From contig NC_086097.1 of the NCBI RefSeq assembly GCF_963921235.1, positions 115,942,001-116,006,000 of the forward strand: 64,000 bases of DNA. Reading direction: 5' to 3'. Below the pieces are notes generated by a model. That model did not search any database. It saw only the letters and a list, made by a program, of their open reading frames with translations, and had not been told where the DNA came from. Positions 48,333-62,230 of the stretch are shown piece after piece. Both the position numbers and the translations under genes were made by a program. Numbering within the stretch: position 1 is the stretch's first letter; each line of letters begins with the position of its first letter. This DNA comes from Mobula hypostoma (lineage: Eukaryota).

Positions 48333-51300
48333 TATCAGGGCACCTGGATTCGGGTCCTGGAGCATGTCCATACCCGGTGCTCAGACAATTTAAACTTCAG
48401 CCCAAAAAGACTGGAAGCCCAAGGGTCCGGATGATTTTGCTCGCTCTCCCACAAATGTTTATTCCTTTCTCTGCAGTGCTGAAGCTGTGAACTGATCCAG
48501 ATGCTGTGTGTTTCTGCTCCGTTGGCTTGATGAATTGGGATGGAGGACAGGCTCGGGCCTGCTCTGGGAGTGGATCTGGGACTCAGAATGGTTTGAGATG
48601 CTGTGGCTTGCTTCCACTGTTCGCATGATGTATGTGTTTTGTTCTCTCTCTCGTTCTCTGTGCAGTGGATTTTAGTCATTTTTATTAGGTTATTCAGGCT
48701 TCTTTGTGGCTACCTGCAAGTCGATAAATTTCAAGATGTATAATTTATACATTCTTTGATAATAAATGTGCTTTGAATCTGTGAACTTCACTTACCTTCA
48801 GTTGCCCATCATGAAAGATGAAAGTGTCCCCACAACCAGCTTAGAGATTATTTGGATGTTTCACTGCTCTGCAGTCTCCAGGACGATTCTGAGAGGCAGA
48901 GGCAGCGTGTGCCACTTTCGATTCCGGTTTGCCGGTTAAAGTTTCCACTGCCCACTGTTTAAAGTGACGGGGGAGATTGAGACATTGAGGCCAATGAGAA
49001 TGTGAATGCCGGCTGCCTACCTTTTGATCGTGGTGGGATTGCTCTGCCCCTGTGCCCAGAGAATGTTGCCCAAGTTTTCTGTGTTTTGGATATGGACTTG
49101 GACTATGGACTTTTTTTCCAGTCATAATTTTTTTATATTCTGTGTTGCTCACCTGATCTTTCTCATTTTCTGCATGCAGGGGAGGGGTTTTGTGGGTCGA
49201 TGTGCTTTTCTGTTTTTTTTTGTGGAGGGGGGGAGTTGGGAGTGATGATCATGCTGTCGTTCTTTTCTTTCTTGGTTTCATGGAGAAGAAGAATTTCAGA
49301 GTTATATACTTTGATAAAAAATGAACCTTTGAACTTTTGGACTCACCTCCAAGGTCTTGTCATCTCATGCTCTTGATAGTTATTATTTATTTCTTTTTGT
49401 ATTTGAACATTTTGTTGTCTTTTGCATATAGGTTGAATGTTCAAGTTGGTGCAGTCTTTCATTGATTCTATTATGGTTATTATTCGATTATGGATTTATT
49501 GAGGATGCCCACAAGAAAATAAATCCCAAAGTTGTACATGGTGATTGTATATTTACTTTAATAATAAATGCATTTTGAACCTTGACCTCTTTCTGTGTTG
49601 CTAAACAAAGGTTACTGACAGATATATTGAGACTGTTCTCTGGCCATCATAAAGCAATGTTCAAGAGTACAAACTAAGCTGGAAATGTGACAGTGAGCAT
49701 TATGGGAAGTGTGTCATCTTTGGTGTGTGTCTGCTACAAGGGTAAAAAGCATCATGTACACTGATCAACTAGTGCTCAGAAGTCTTCTGTTCAACTCAGC
49801 AATGACTACAATGTTTTCACTACCTGATCACTAGTGTGGTAAAGTCTGTACCAAGTCACTTTGTTGTGCTTTTATAAATTGAAATAAAACCAAATACTCC
49901 AATTTCTGTTCTAGCATCTTTCCTTCTCACTGGCTGCCATTCTGGGGTCAGTAGAGAGCAAGATTCGAGATTTAAAAACCAAATTTATTTGTCATATGTA
50001 TCAAAACATACAGTGAAATGTGACATTTGCACTGACACCCAATCCAAGGATGTGCTGGAGGCAGCCGGCAAGTGTGGCCGCACATTCCTACACCCACATA
50101 GCATGCCCACGGTGCTTGGCGGAACCACACAAACCACAACGAAGTTGGACACGTCAAAACAATAGAGCAACAACAGCAATACAAGCCCCATTCTTCCCTC
50201 CCACCCACCCACATACACAGTTCTCTAACCCCAAGACTGTCTGTATTCCTCAGCCCCCACTACACCTGGATGTGGACACAAATTGGGATGTGGACACACA
50301 GACCGCGGACCCCAGTGGAACTGTAGGGATTCGCAGACTCATGACTCAGGCCAAGAGGCCTCAACAGCCAGACTGTCAGACTTCTGACTTGCTGCTGAGG
50401 AAGCCTTCCACGTTGAATGACTCCAGCATCTACAGCTGCTGAGTTGCTGATCTGCAGCAAACCCTTCCTGCAAGGCAGGGTTGTAGCAGGCAAGTTTCAT
50501 GGCCAGGCACAGCAGTCAGTTGGTGGGGAGGAGGTGGCTGAAATGAGGTCCACATGACTGGGTGTAGGTAGGGTCACTGAGAGTGGACAGCGACAGAGCA
50601 CTTGGTATGTATTAACCCACCTGAGTCACTTTCCCAGCCTGGGCACACTGAAGCAGGCTTCTCAGCTTCTGAGGGAACTATCTCTGCATCAGTACACTAT
50701 AAATGGCCCAAGCTGCAAACGCAGTTACAAAACTTAGAGCAGTGACGTATAAACATGTCACTGAACACCACTTCATATGTGAGGGTTGTCTACATTTTGG
50801 GCGAATCTTCAAATTGCATGCTTTTCGGTTTAAAATTTTACTTCATTTTTCAATGAAATTGGAATTTGTATTATAAAAATATGTTCCTCCAAAGTCCAGT
50901 TTCTTATTTTTTTGTTCTACAAACAAGCCATAGAATCACCTCTTTGACCTTTGAAGCACCTCACAACTACTTTACATCCTTCGCTTAGCCTGCCTGACCA
51001 GGTCACAATTTTATACCATGAATGTCTTCCGCAAGGATTGTCGAATACTCCCCTACCCTTCGTGCTTTGTTGCAGCAGCAGCCAAATGTGTTCTTATTTA
51101 AATTCCTAATAGTGCCATCATTCAAATCTTTACAGCCTATTATAGACTAGTCTTCTTCTCTTGTAATACCGGCCACTATATTGTTAAGAATTTGCAGCTG
51201 GTAAATTTCCAGCCTATTGGCTCAGCTTCAATCATTTATTTATTGAGTTTTATTTGCACTATTTGTCTTTAGTTTTTGTCAGTCTTTACTTACTTGCAGT

Positions 51301-52711
51301 TTTTCTTAAATTCTATTGAATTTCTTTATTTTCCTGGAAATAAAAACATGATTTTTTTCTCTCTCTCTGCACATTGGGTTCATTCTCTATGGGTTCGTTT
51401 GAGTTTCTTGTTTTGTGGCTGTGTGTAAGGAGACAAATCTCAAGTTTGTATAATACATATATGCTTGGATAATAAATGTACTTCGAAATGCTTGCAAGAA
51501 AATGAATCTCAAAGTAGTATATGGTGACATTTACGTACAGTGTGTGATAATCAGTTTTGACTTTGAATCAATCCTGTTAATGATGTGAATTTCTCCTAGC
51601 CCGCCATTTAGTTTAAATGATCACCAGTTGTTTACTCAATATTCCCACTGTCCTTGTTTTGTATTTATATTGCCCGTCTCTTGAGTGCTAGTCCTGTCTT
51701 GTTGGTTAACATCCCACTTATTTATTGCAGAGGCATAATTCACATTTAAATGTCAGTTCCGATTTTCTTCCTGAGGTCCTTACTGATAGCAAAATGGCTG
51801 GCAGAATCACAGACACAGACACAAGCCCCATTAATGACTGTGTGGGCAAGGAAGAGTGTTTCACTAAACCAATAAATTACATGGTCGTGCTATATTCCAC
51901 CTTCTTTGTGAGTATTGAAATAATGCTTTATGATGATCGGATAAACTAAATATTGTGCACAAAAATTTTAAGGAATTGATTTCTGTACAAAAAGTACAAT
52001 ATGAAAGAGATAACCTCTTTTTGGTCTTTCTGCTTCTGCTCCGAGCACATTCATTTATTCTAGATGTGTCTAAATGTACAAAAGCTGTACAGGAAGCATT
52101 TCTGCAAAATAGACATCCAGACAGTGAGTGCTCTGTTAGAAATGAGATAGTAAACTTCAGATTGGATAACTGTTCAGGAAGTGCAGCAAAACTTAAACTG
52201 GACATAAAAAAAACTGACTAGATTAATTAGATGAAGAGAAGACAGACATTGAATATCTGAGCACATCAATTCACCAAGGTGAAAAATTTGTATGAGGCAC
52301 CGGAGGTTTGGAGATATTATTATCAGTGTTATTATTCAACATACTTTCACTGGACTAGATATAGGATATACAATGTGCAGATCTTTGACAAAGTCAGGAT
52401 TCATCTTGTAGATATTAGATGAAGCTGCAGCTTAAGAACAAAAGAACATAAGAAAAAAGTCCTTAAACCCCTTGACCCTGTTCCATCTTTCTGTCTGATC
52501 AATGCTGATACTTTAATTCAGTACTGCATTATTGCACTAATTCTATTTTGTTATTATCCAAAATGAATACATTCTCTCAGTTTTAAACAGAGGAGGAATG
52601 AAGAACTCCACTCACCTCTCTTGCCTAGCTTAGTGTTTTCTGCCCTCGTTATCCATATTCAACCTTCAACTAAATTTTCCCTTTACAAAATATAAATTTA
52701 ATGCTAGTTAA

Positions 52712-55700
52712 AAGACCATAAAACAATGGAGCAGAATTAGGCCATCTGGCCCATTGATTCTGCTCCACCATTCAATCAAAGCCATTCACCAGCCTTCTCC
52801 CTGTAACCTTTGATGTCATGTCCAATCAAGAACGTATCAATCTCTGCCTTAAATACACCAATGACTGGCCTCCACAGCTGCCTGTGGTAATAAATTCCAC
52901 AAATTCACCACCCTCTGGCAAAAGAAGTTTCTCCACATCTCTGCTTTAAATGGACACCCCCCTAACCTGTGGCTGCACCCTCTTAGCCTAGACTTCCCCA
53001 CCATGGGAAACATCCTTTTCATGTCTACTCTGTCTAGGACTTTCAACATTCGAAAGGTTTCAATGAGAATGCCCTTCATCCTTCTGAATTCCAGTGAGTA
53101 CAGACCCAGAGCTATCAAACTTTCCTTGTATGATAACTCTTTCGTTCCCAGAATCATCCTTGTGAACTTCCTCTGGACACTCTCCAAAGCCAGCACATCT
53201 TTTCTCTGATAAGGAGCCCAAAACTGTTCACAATATTCAAGGTGAGACCTCACCAGTGCCTTATAAAGCCTCAGTATCACATCCCTGCTCTTGTAGACTA
53301 AATATCTTGAAAAAAATGCTAATATTGCATTTGCCTTCTCACCACTGACTCTATCTGCAAGTTAACCTTTACAATGTTCTACACAAGGACTTCCAAGTCC
53401 TGTTGCATCTTAGATTTTTGGATTTTCTCCATTTAGAAAATAGTCTGCACATTTATTTCTACGACCAAAGTGCATGACCATGCATTTTACAACATTATAT
53501 TTCATATGCCACTTTCTTACCCATTCTCCAAATCTGTCAAAGCCCTTCTGCATCTTACCTGTTTCCATAACACTACCTGCCCCTCCACCAACCCTCGCAT
53601 CATCTGCAAACAAAGCCATCAATTCCATTATCTAAATAATTTATATACAGTATAAAAAGAAGCAGTCTCAACCCCGACCCCTGTGAAAAACCTCTACTCA
53701 CTGGCAGCTAACCAGAAATCGATCCATTTATTCTGACTCACTGCTCCTGCCAATCAGCCAATGCTCTAACCATGCCAGTAACTTTTCTGTAATATCATGG
53801 GCTCTTAACTTAGTAAGCAGCCTCATATATGGCAACTTGTCAAAGGCCTTCTGAAAGTCCAAGTATACACCATCCATTATATCCCCATTATCTATTCCAC
53901 ATGTAATGTCCTCAAAGAATTTCAACAGGTTCATTAAGCAAGGTTTTCCTTTAAGGAAACCATGCTGACTTTGTTCTATTTTGTCCTGTGTCACAAGTAT
54001 TCCACAAACTCATCCTTAACAATTGACTCCAACATCTTCCCAAACACTGAGGTCAAGCTAACTGGTTGAGAATTTCCTTGCTTAAAGAGTGGAGTGACAT
54101 TTACAATTGTCCAGTCCTCTGGCACCATGCCAGAGTCCAATGATTTTTGAAAGATCATTTCTAATGCCTCCACAATCTCTACTGCTACCTCTTTTGGAGC
54201 CCTAGGGTGCAGTTCATCTGGTCGGTGTGACTTACGTACCCTTAGGTCTTTCAGCTTTTTGAGCACCTTCTCCCTTGTAATAGTAACTACACTCACTTCT
54301 CTTCCCTCACACCCTTCAACATCTGGCACACCGCTAGTGTCCTCCACAGTGAAGACAGATGCAAAATACTCATTTAGTTCATCTGCCATCTCCTGGTCCC
54401 GTGCTATTATTTCTCCAGCCTCATTTTCTAGAGGTCCTATATCCACTCTCATCTCTTTTATATTTTGCTTAATTGAAAAAGCTTCTTTAATCCACTTTGA
54501 TAGTATTTGCTAGCTTGCTTTTATATTTTATCTTTTCCTTCCTAATAATTCTTTTAGTTGCTCTCTGTATGGTTTTAAAAGCTTCCCAATCTTCTGTCTT
54601 CCCACAAATGTTTGCATTGTTGTATGGCCTCTATTTTGTTTTTACGTTAGCTTTGACTTCCCTTGTCAGTACAGTTGTATTATTTTGCTAATTGAGTATT
54701 TCTTTGTTTTTGAAATACATCCATCCTGCACCTTCCTCATTTTTTCCCAGAAGCTCACGCCATTCCTGCTCTGCGGTCATCCCTACCAGCATTGTCTTTC
54801 AATTTACTTTGGCCAACTCCTCTCTTATACGACTGCAATTTCCTTTACTCCACTGAAATACTGCTACATCAGATTGTACTTTCTCCCTATCAAATTTTGA
54901 GATGTACTCAATAATATCGTGATCATTATCTCCAAAAGGTTTTTACCTTAGGCTCGCTAATCACCTCGGGTTCATTACCTAACACCCAATCCAGTATACG
55001 ATGGGTGATTGATAAGTTTGTGGCCTAAGGTAGAAGGAGTCAATTTTAGAAAACCTAGCACATTTATTTTTCCTACATTTCCACATTTAATCCAGTGGTC
55101 ATGGAGCATACGGATCCCTTCTTTATAGAAGTCGGCATCTTGGACCTCCAGAAGTGGTCCACAGCAGGGGTGATGGATAAGTTCATAGTCTAAGGTAGAA
55201 GGAGATGAGTTATTAACTTCAAACTTTCTGCATTTTCACTCAAAGAGTAGAACTGCACGGGCATGTAGCAAGAACTGTATAACTCATCTCCTTCTACCTT
55301 AGGACACAAACTTATCAATCACCCCTGTTGTGGACCATTTCTACAAAGAAGGGATCTGTATGCTCCATGACTGCTGGACTAAGTGTGTACATGTAGGAAG
55401 GGACTATGTTGAAAAGTAAATGTTCTAGGTTTTCTAAAATTGACTCCTTCTACCTTAGGCCACAAACTTATCAATCACCTCTCGTAGCTTATCTCTTATT
55501 AGGCTCAATGACAAACTTCTCTAAAAAGCCATCTTGTAAGCATTCAACAAACTCACTCTTGAGATCCTCTTCCAGTTTGATTTTCCCCAATTGACCTGCA
55601 TGCTCAAATCTCCCATGACAATCATGACATTGCCCATTTGACATGCCTTTTCTATTTCCTGTTGTAATCTGTGCTCCACATCCCAGCCACTGTTTTGAGG

Positions 55701-55930
55701 CCTATATATAACTGCCATCAGGGTCCTTTTACCCTTGCAGTTACTGAACTCAACGCACAAGAATTCAACATCTCCTGATCCTATGACACACCTTTCTACT
55801 GATTTGATGCCATTCTTTACCAGCAGAGCCACGTTACCCCCTCTGCCTACCTTCATATCCCTCCAATACAATGTGTAACCTCAGACATTCAGTTCCCAAC
55901 TGCAACCATACTTCAGCCAAGATTCAGTGA
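52712..55930 (-). mobile_element. Decayed CR1 ORF2 (APE to 3' end)
   Basis: VIYRPQNS..GDLS, GMVPEDW, QHGFLKGKPC, FADD, LYKALVRSHLEYC. Confidence 0.92.
54999..55484. mobile_element. Mariner-type MITE, nearly fully palindromic, nested in CR1
   Basis: TA|cgatgggtgattgataagtttgtggcctaagg ... ccttaggccacaaacttatcaatcacctctcg|TA; second internal TIR-like pair at ~55167 and ~55325. Confidence 0.9.
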
Positions 55931-56334
55931 AAGAGACAATGACTCCAGAGAATCTGCACTAATGGCTTGGGGATATGTGTTCATAACTCCCTGAGTCAGA
56001 TGGAGAATTTAAATTAATTCGGTTTTATTAACCTGAATTTTTTCTTAAAGGCTGGCATCACTAATAGAGACAAAAAATTACATTATGAAAGTCCATCTTA
56101 GTTACCAGTAACCTCAAGAGAAGGGGATTTCTCATGCTGGGCATTATCCATTTTTGGACAGAGACCTGCAGCTGACCATTGGACAGCTTTCTGAAGCCAC
56201 CACCAACAACATCATCCCACTCCACAAACTCCACCACCACTATTCTGCTCAAGTCAATTGGGAATTATGCACTTCCCAGAGAAATCCACATCCAGCAAAG
56301 GAATAAATAAAAATCTTTTGATTTATTATTTTTT

Positions 56335-56830
56335 TAGATTATGAGGACACTCAGTCCTTGTTTATTGTCATTTAGAAATGCATGCATTAAAAAATGATAC
56401 AATGTTCCTTCAGAATGATATTACAAGAAAACACAAGACAAACCAAGACCAAAACTGACAAAACCACATAATTATAACATATAGTTACAACAGTGCAAAG
56501 CAATACCATAATTTGCTAAAGAGCAGACCATGGGCACGGTAAAAGAAAGTCTCGAAGTCCTGATAGACTCACCAGCTCACACAGGTGGCAGAAGGGAAAA
56601 ACTCTCCTTGCCATGAACCTCCAAGCGCCGCCAACTTGCCGATGCAGTACCATTGGAAGCACCCGACCGCAGCAGACTTTGAGTCCGTCTGAAAACTTCA
56701 AGTCTCCGACCAGCCCCTCCGACACAGCCTCTCCGAGCACCATCCTTTGCTGAGTGCTTTGACCCCGCCCTGGCCGCCGAGCAACAAGCAAGGCCTTCTC
56801 CTCTAGAGATTCTGGACCACACAGTAGCAG
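56335..56830 (-). mobile_element. Non-coding interspersed repeat (SINE-like or non-autonomous retroposon)
   Basis: GC-rich body; minus-strand end aataaacaaggactgagtgtcctcataatctaaaa. Confidence 0.45.
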
Positions 56831-58221
56831 TAGCAGCTCTCACATCCGTCTCCATGTTGAGCACACATACCATAATTCACTCATACCACCACAGCGTATT
56901 GCTATGATACTAAAAGGCCATGAGTCTATCCAAGGATCTACAGAGGAAGAAACTGTGGATACCCCCACTTTCCTTCTGGCCTTGTGCACGATATCATTTA
57001 TGAATAGGTTGGCAGTCCAAAACCATCAACTGCACGGGCATTCCACAGCAACACTTTTTTTTATCCATGGCCATTCTTCATTTTAGGTTAGTCCACTAAA
57101 AATTATCAAAATTCAAAAGTTCAAAGTTCAAAGTAAATTTATTATCAAGGTATGAATATGAAACCATGCACTGCCCTAAGGTTCATTTTCTTGCATGTAT
57201 TCACAGTAGAACAAAGTGCATTATAATCAATGAAAAGGTCAGCCTGCTAAAAGAATATCAGATCAGAAACAGGAAAAGATCTGAAGAAGCTTGGCTTTCA
57301 ACCGTTCACGTAACTTGCCAAGAGAATACACTACCTTCCATTTGCAATTTCAGAACAGGATCTCACTTTTTGTCATGTTACAAGGATATTTACCCCTTTG
57401 TAATAGTGTTCAGTTAGGCACAGAGAGAGTCTGTATTTACTGTCAAATAATGTCTCAAATAAAAAGTACATGGGTTCACAAACTAACTAATTGTGTATGC
57501 ACACCCATTAGGATTCCCTGACCCTCCATCAACAGGCAATGAAGAGAAAAGATATTACCCTGGGAAAGGGTCTACGCTGGTTAAGTTTCCTCATGTTCCT
57601 GATCTAATCTCTATGTGTTTGATGTTGGGGTCTTCCACATCTGCAATGGTTGGTCTCCAGAGCATTGTTGCTCTTTCTGCATGTGAATCCTCTTGCTTTT
57701 TAAATACTTCTTATCAATTCAAATGTCACATTTCCATCTCATTGGCTCAACGGCACCTGACCAACCTGAGTAACCTTCTTATTGGCTCTGGTCCAGCGCT
57801 ACAACCAATATTGTTCTATGACCTTTGCCCTCAGCCTCATGCCTTTTTCTCTTTTTAACTCTGACTGGTTCAAACCAGTCAAACAAGATGACCCAGACAC
57901 TGAGTCTAACAAGATTACAGATTGCTCTTCCTGCAAGCCTGCAACTTTTAATAATAAAAAGCTATTTGTCTGAGAATTGCCTTAGGTTTAGCAAGTCTTT
58001 AGCTGAAACTCCTTGTGTCCACATTTAATTGCTCTGATTAAGTTATCCCAGAACAAGAATCAAAGAGTTTACAAAATGATGGCTGCAAGGACAGTCTCAA
58101 GAAATGGTTATATTCAGTCCTGTTCACTGATTGTCGTTCTTTCTGGCGAACTGTGGCATTCTCTACCAGTAAATTATTTTTTGCTATAACTTTCCTGCTT
58201 CTCATTTCCACTGGTTTAGTG

Positions 58222-58722
58222 CATCTGGAGGAGGCTAACATGAACATCATCTCCACCACGATAAAGCAACACCAACTCTGATGGTTAGGTCATATCATTC
58301 AGACACCTAACTCACATCTCCCCAAACTGACCCTTTACTCCCAGTTGAAAGAAAGTCAGCAAGCCTCTGGTGGGCAAAAGAAATACTTCAAAAATAACAT
58401 GAGAATCAGTCAGAAGAAATTCAACCTTACATTTAAAAACTGAGAAAACTTTGCACTCAGTAGATACGCCTGGAGGAAATCTGCTCAAGAGGAAACTGTG
58501 CTACATGAGTATGACCTCCACTAAGAGAACAAGCAACAGCTGTGAAAGGAGAGACTGAAAAACCAGTTGACCCAAACACTAACCATAGCCACCACTTACT
58601 CTTGCCAACACTACACCAGAACATGTGGATCCTGGACTGGCCTCTACAGCTGCCTGAGGACCCACCAATTGACAATATCTTAGCAGAACATCATACTCGA
58701 CTCGAGTGATTGCAGTACTACT
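58222..58722 (+). mobile_element. RTE-clade LINE 3' remnant
   Basis: Translates LEEANM..QHQL*WLGHIIQTPNSHLPKLTLYSQLKE..SGGQKKYFK, matching the RTE LRWxGHxxR..LPK..GGQKKR pattern. Confidence 0.75.
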
Positions 58723-59234
58723 GATTTGTATTTCCATTTCCTGCATTTTCCAATGCTGTCAAAGTCAAAGTGAAATTTATTAACGAAGTATGTATATGTT
58801 ACCATATACTAGTCTGAGATTCATTTTCTTGCAGACATTTACATGAAAATAAATACAATAGAATTTATGAAAAGCTATACATAAAGTCTGACAAACAATC
58901 ATTATGCAAATTGAAGACAAATCATGCAGATAAAAGAATAACTAATACTGAGAACATGAGTTGTAGAGTCCTTGAAAGTGTGTCTATAGGTTGTGGAGTC
59001 AGTTCAGAGTTGAGGTGAATGCTGCGTCAGAAGCCTAATGATTATGTGGTGATAACTGTTCCTGAACTTAGTGGTACATTTTCTGAATTGTCACATTGCT
59101 CCATCCTCTTCAAACTCATCAAAACCCCACTGTTGCCTCTATTCTCACAGCCTCTTAAGTTGGTAACATCAGTCGGCTTTTCTTGTACTTTGTAATGAAT
59201 CACTAGATATTTTTAATGTACTGTACACTGATCT

Positions 59235-59625
59235 CACATACAAACTCATAAAAGACACCATACCTTACTATAAATATATGCATGATCCAGTTTTAGAGTC
59301 AGAGTCCTGCACATTATATTACACCCAATCCAATATTATAGATAGGACAATCCATAATAACGGTCTGGATACAATAATACAGGATAAACAAGCAAGAACA
59401 ATTTACTTAATAGAGATAGCTATTCCAAGGACACATAACTTACAGAAATCATCAAGTGAAAAACACCAGAAATATTCTGAATTAAAAGAGGAAATGGAAA
59501 GAGTTTGGAACATGAACAGGGTATACATTGTCCTGATAGTGATATCTACAGCTGGTATCATTCCAATATCACAACACAATGGCAATTAGACAATTAGAGC
59601 TCCATGGCAATATCTATGGAATTGT
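59235..59625 (+). mobile_element. R4/Dong-like non-LTR element fragment (restriction-like endonuclease domain)
   Basis: IIDRTIHNNGLDTIIQDK..YLIEIAIP..EKHQKYSELKEE..VYIVLIVISTAGIIP, a decayed RPD..D/E..K..KY RLE motif. Confidence 0.78.
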
Positions 59626-59659
59626 GAACTCCTTATCCAAATAAAAATAAAATTAAAAA

Positions 59660-60360
59660 AAAAAAGAAAATGAGTCCATAGGTTCTGGGACCATTTCAGT
59701 GTTGGGATGAGTGAAGTTATCCCTCCTGGTTCAGAGGCCTGATAGTTGAACCTGGTGGTGAGAGTCCTGAGGCTCCTGTACCTCCTTCATCATGTCAGCA
59801 GCGAGAAGAAAACATGACCTGGGTGGCAGGGGTCCCTGATGACAGCTGCTGCTTTCCTGCAACAATGCTCCATGTTGATGTGCTCAATGGTGGGGAAGGC
59901 TCTACCCATGACGAACTAGGCCTTATCCATTACTTTTTGTAGGATTTTCTATTCTAGTGCATTGGTGTTTCCATTCTAGGCTGTGTTGCAACCAGTTAAT
60001 ATACTCTACACCATACATCAATAGAGGTTTGTCAAAGCTTTAGATGCCGTGCCAAATCTTCATAAGATCTTTAGAAAGTAGAGGCACAGCTGTGCTTGCT
60101 TTGTTAGGGCCCAGGACAGGTCCTCTGAAATGACATCTCTGAGTAATTTAAGTTTGCAGACCCTCTCCACCTCTGATCTTCCAACGAGGACTGGCTCGTG
60201 GACCTCCAGCTTCCTCTTCCTGAAGTCAATAATGATCTCTTTTGTCTTATTGACATTAAGTGAGAGGTTGTTGTTATGGCACCATTCAACCTGATTTTCA
60301 GTCTTCTGCCTGATACAACACCACCTTTGTTTCATTCTACGGAAGGTGTCCTCAGCATAC
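59660..60360 (-). mobile_element. Rex1/Babar-like fragment
   Basis: EWCHNNNLSLNVNKTKEIIIDFRK. Confidence 0.85.
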
Positions 60361-60909
60361 TTAAATATGGTGTATATTTCACGATATTTTTTAAATAATT
60401 GAATTAGTAAAATCTGACTAGACTTTAAAAGTCGGGATTGATTTTCCCTGATTAGTTTATTTTTCTCTCAGAGTTTGCTGCAATTAGCTTCTCTTCCAAT
60501 TTTCCTACGATTTAGGTTATTTAGGTTCAACAAGGCTATCAGACCAGTTGTCTCCAACATTTTTATGCAGTTATAGTTTTCAGATTCTGGAGTTATCATT
60601 GCCAAGTGATTTAATAACATTTTACAAGAATTAATTTATTTCCTCCTTGTTCTTGGATAATTCTGAAAGGCTTTTATCATCCATTTTAAAGCACTTAGTA
60701 AATACCCATCTGGCATCTCAGCAGTTTTTTTTTCCTTTTTGCACAGATTTCTCTTTCTCTTTGACTCTTAATACTTTCAATTATCTGCAATCAGCTTGCT
60801 TTTGTTGTACCCGTATCAGCCGTTTATGATAATTCTTTCTTTCCCATCATTATATTTTTAATATGTCTATTTTTTCTGCAGTTTTGCCATTACTTTGGAT
60901 TTTCTTAGG

Positions 60910-61278
60910 TCATCATCTTCTTTATCTATTGTGTTTTATGACACAGGTGATCATGGTCTCCTGACCATGATTATTCTTGGTAAATGTTTCTACAGAAGTG
61001 GTTTACCATTGCCTTTTTCTGGGCAGTGTCAATACAAGATGGGTGACCCCAGCCATTACCAATACTCTTCAGAGATGTTCTGCCTGGCATCAGTGGTCAC
61101 AAACCCAGGACATGATATGCACCAGCTGCTCATATGGCTATCCACCATCTGGTTCGCATCACCCTGATCAGGGGTCTAAGCAGGTGCTGCACCTTGCCCA
61201 AGGGTGACCTGCAGGCTAGCAGAGGGAAGGAGGGCCTTACACCTACTTGGGTAGAGATGCATCTCCACCCCGCCACCC
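60910..61278 (-). mobile_element. Probable RTE-associated SINE
   Basis: Minus strand gaaaaaggcaatggtaaaccacttc (RTE/Bov-A-like motif) and gatgatga tail. Confidence 0.5.
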
Positions 61279-61876
61279 AATTAGTGATGCTAATTGTATT
61301 TCATGCTTCCTGCTTTGATACAATGTTTCCAAGGGAAAGGGAGTAGATAGTTGTTCTCTTTACATTGCCCCAGTCTCTTCAGGGCTTCCCCAGTTATGTG
61401 GGTTGGGGTCTGCAAAAGTCATGTTCTGAGCCCTGGAATGTGAGACAACATTCCCACATTGTTAACATACCGATTCCTCTTTCAGACCTTTGATAAGTAA
61501 TTTATAAACTCTCTTTTGGGTGCACAGAGAATCCTCAATCTGCAATATTCTAACAGCAGCCAGCAGACTCTGACTTTTGGATGAATATTACAATGCACTC
61601 TCATTAATCAAAGATGTGAGTTAACATTATGAATGGTTGAGAAGGGCCATTATATCTAGGAGAAGAATTAAGAAACCATTTTGTGCTATCAATTATTTAC
61701 TTTGAATGAACTGGCAATAAATCTAAGGTATGGAAATTGTTCCAAATGAATTTTGTTAATGGATTAATGATCCAAAGAATGATGCTTTTGAATGATAATT
61801 CTGATATTTCTAATTCCAATTTGATTCCTGAATTTAAATTTACTAAATTAAATAATCTGGAATAAAAACTGTCACT

Positions 61877-62230
61877 ATGATGAGAGGCATTGATCGTGTG
61901 GATAATAAGAGAAATTTTCCCAAGGCTGAAATGGCTAGCACAAGAGGACGAAGTTTTCAGGTGCTTTGAAGTAGGTACAGAGGGGATGTCAGGGGTAATT
62001 TTTTATGCAGAGAGTGGTGAGTGTGGGGAATGGGCTGCCGGTGACGGTGGTGGAGGTGGATACAATAGTGTCATTGAACAGACTCCTGGATAGGTACCTG
62101 GAACTTAGAAAAATAGAGGGCTATGTGTAACCCTAGGTAATTTCTAAAGTAAGTTCATGTTCGGCATAACATTGTGAGCCGAAGGGCCTGTATTGTGCTG
62201 TAGGTTTACTATGTTTCTATTTCTGGTTCT
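61877..62230 (+). mobile_element. CR1 3' end
   Basis: Same family 3' end as 7535-7900 and 15941-16280; atgtttctat tail. Confidence 0.88.

Larger units (their letters stand above)
41641..49585 (+). mobile_element. Rex1/Babar-like LINE remnant (pieces ~41641-42239, 46290-46632, 48781-48838, 49337-49585) hosting nested insertions
   Basis: [46 protein letters not shown]; the tail pieces join up like the Rex1 tail at 5830-6140. Confidence 0.8.
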
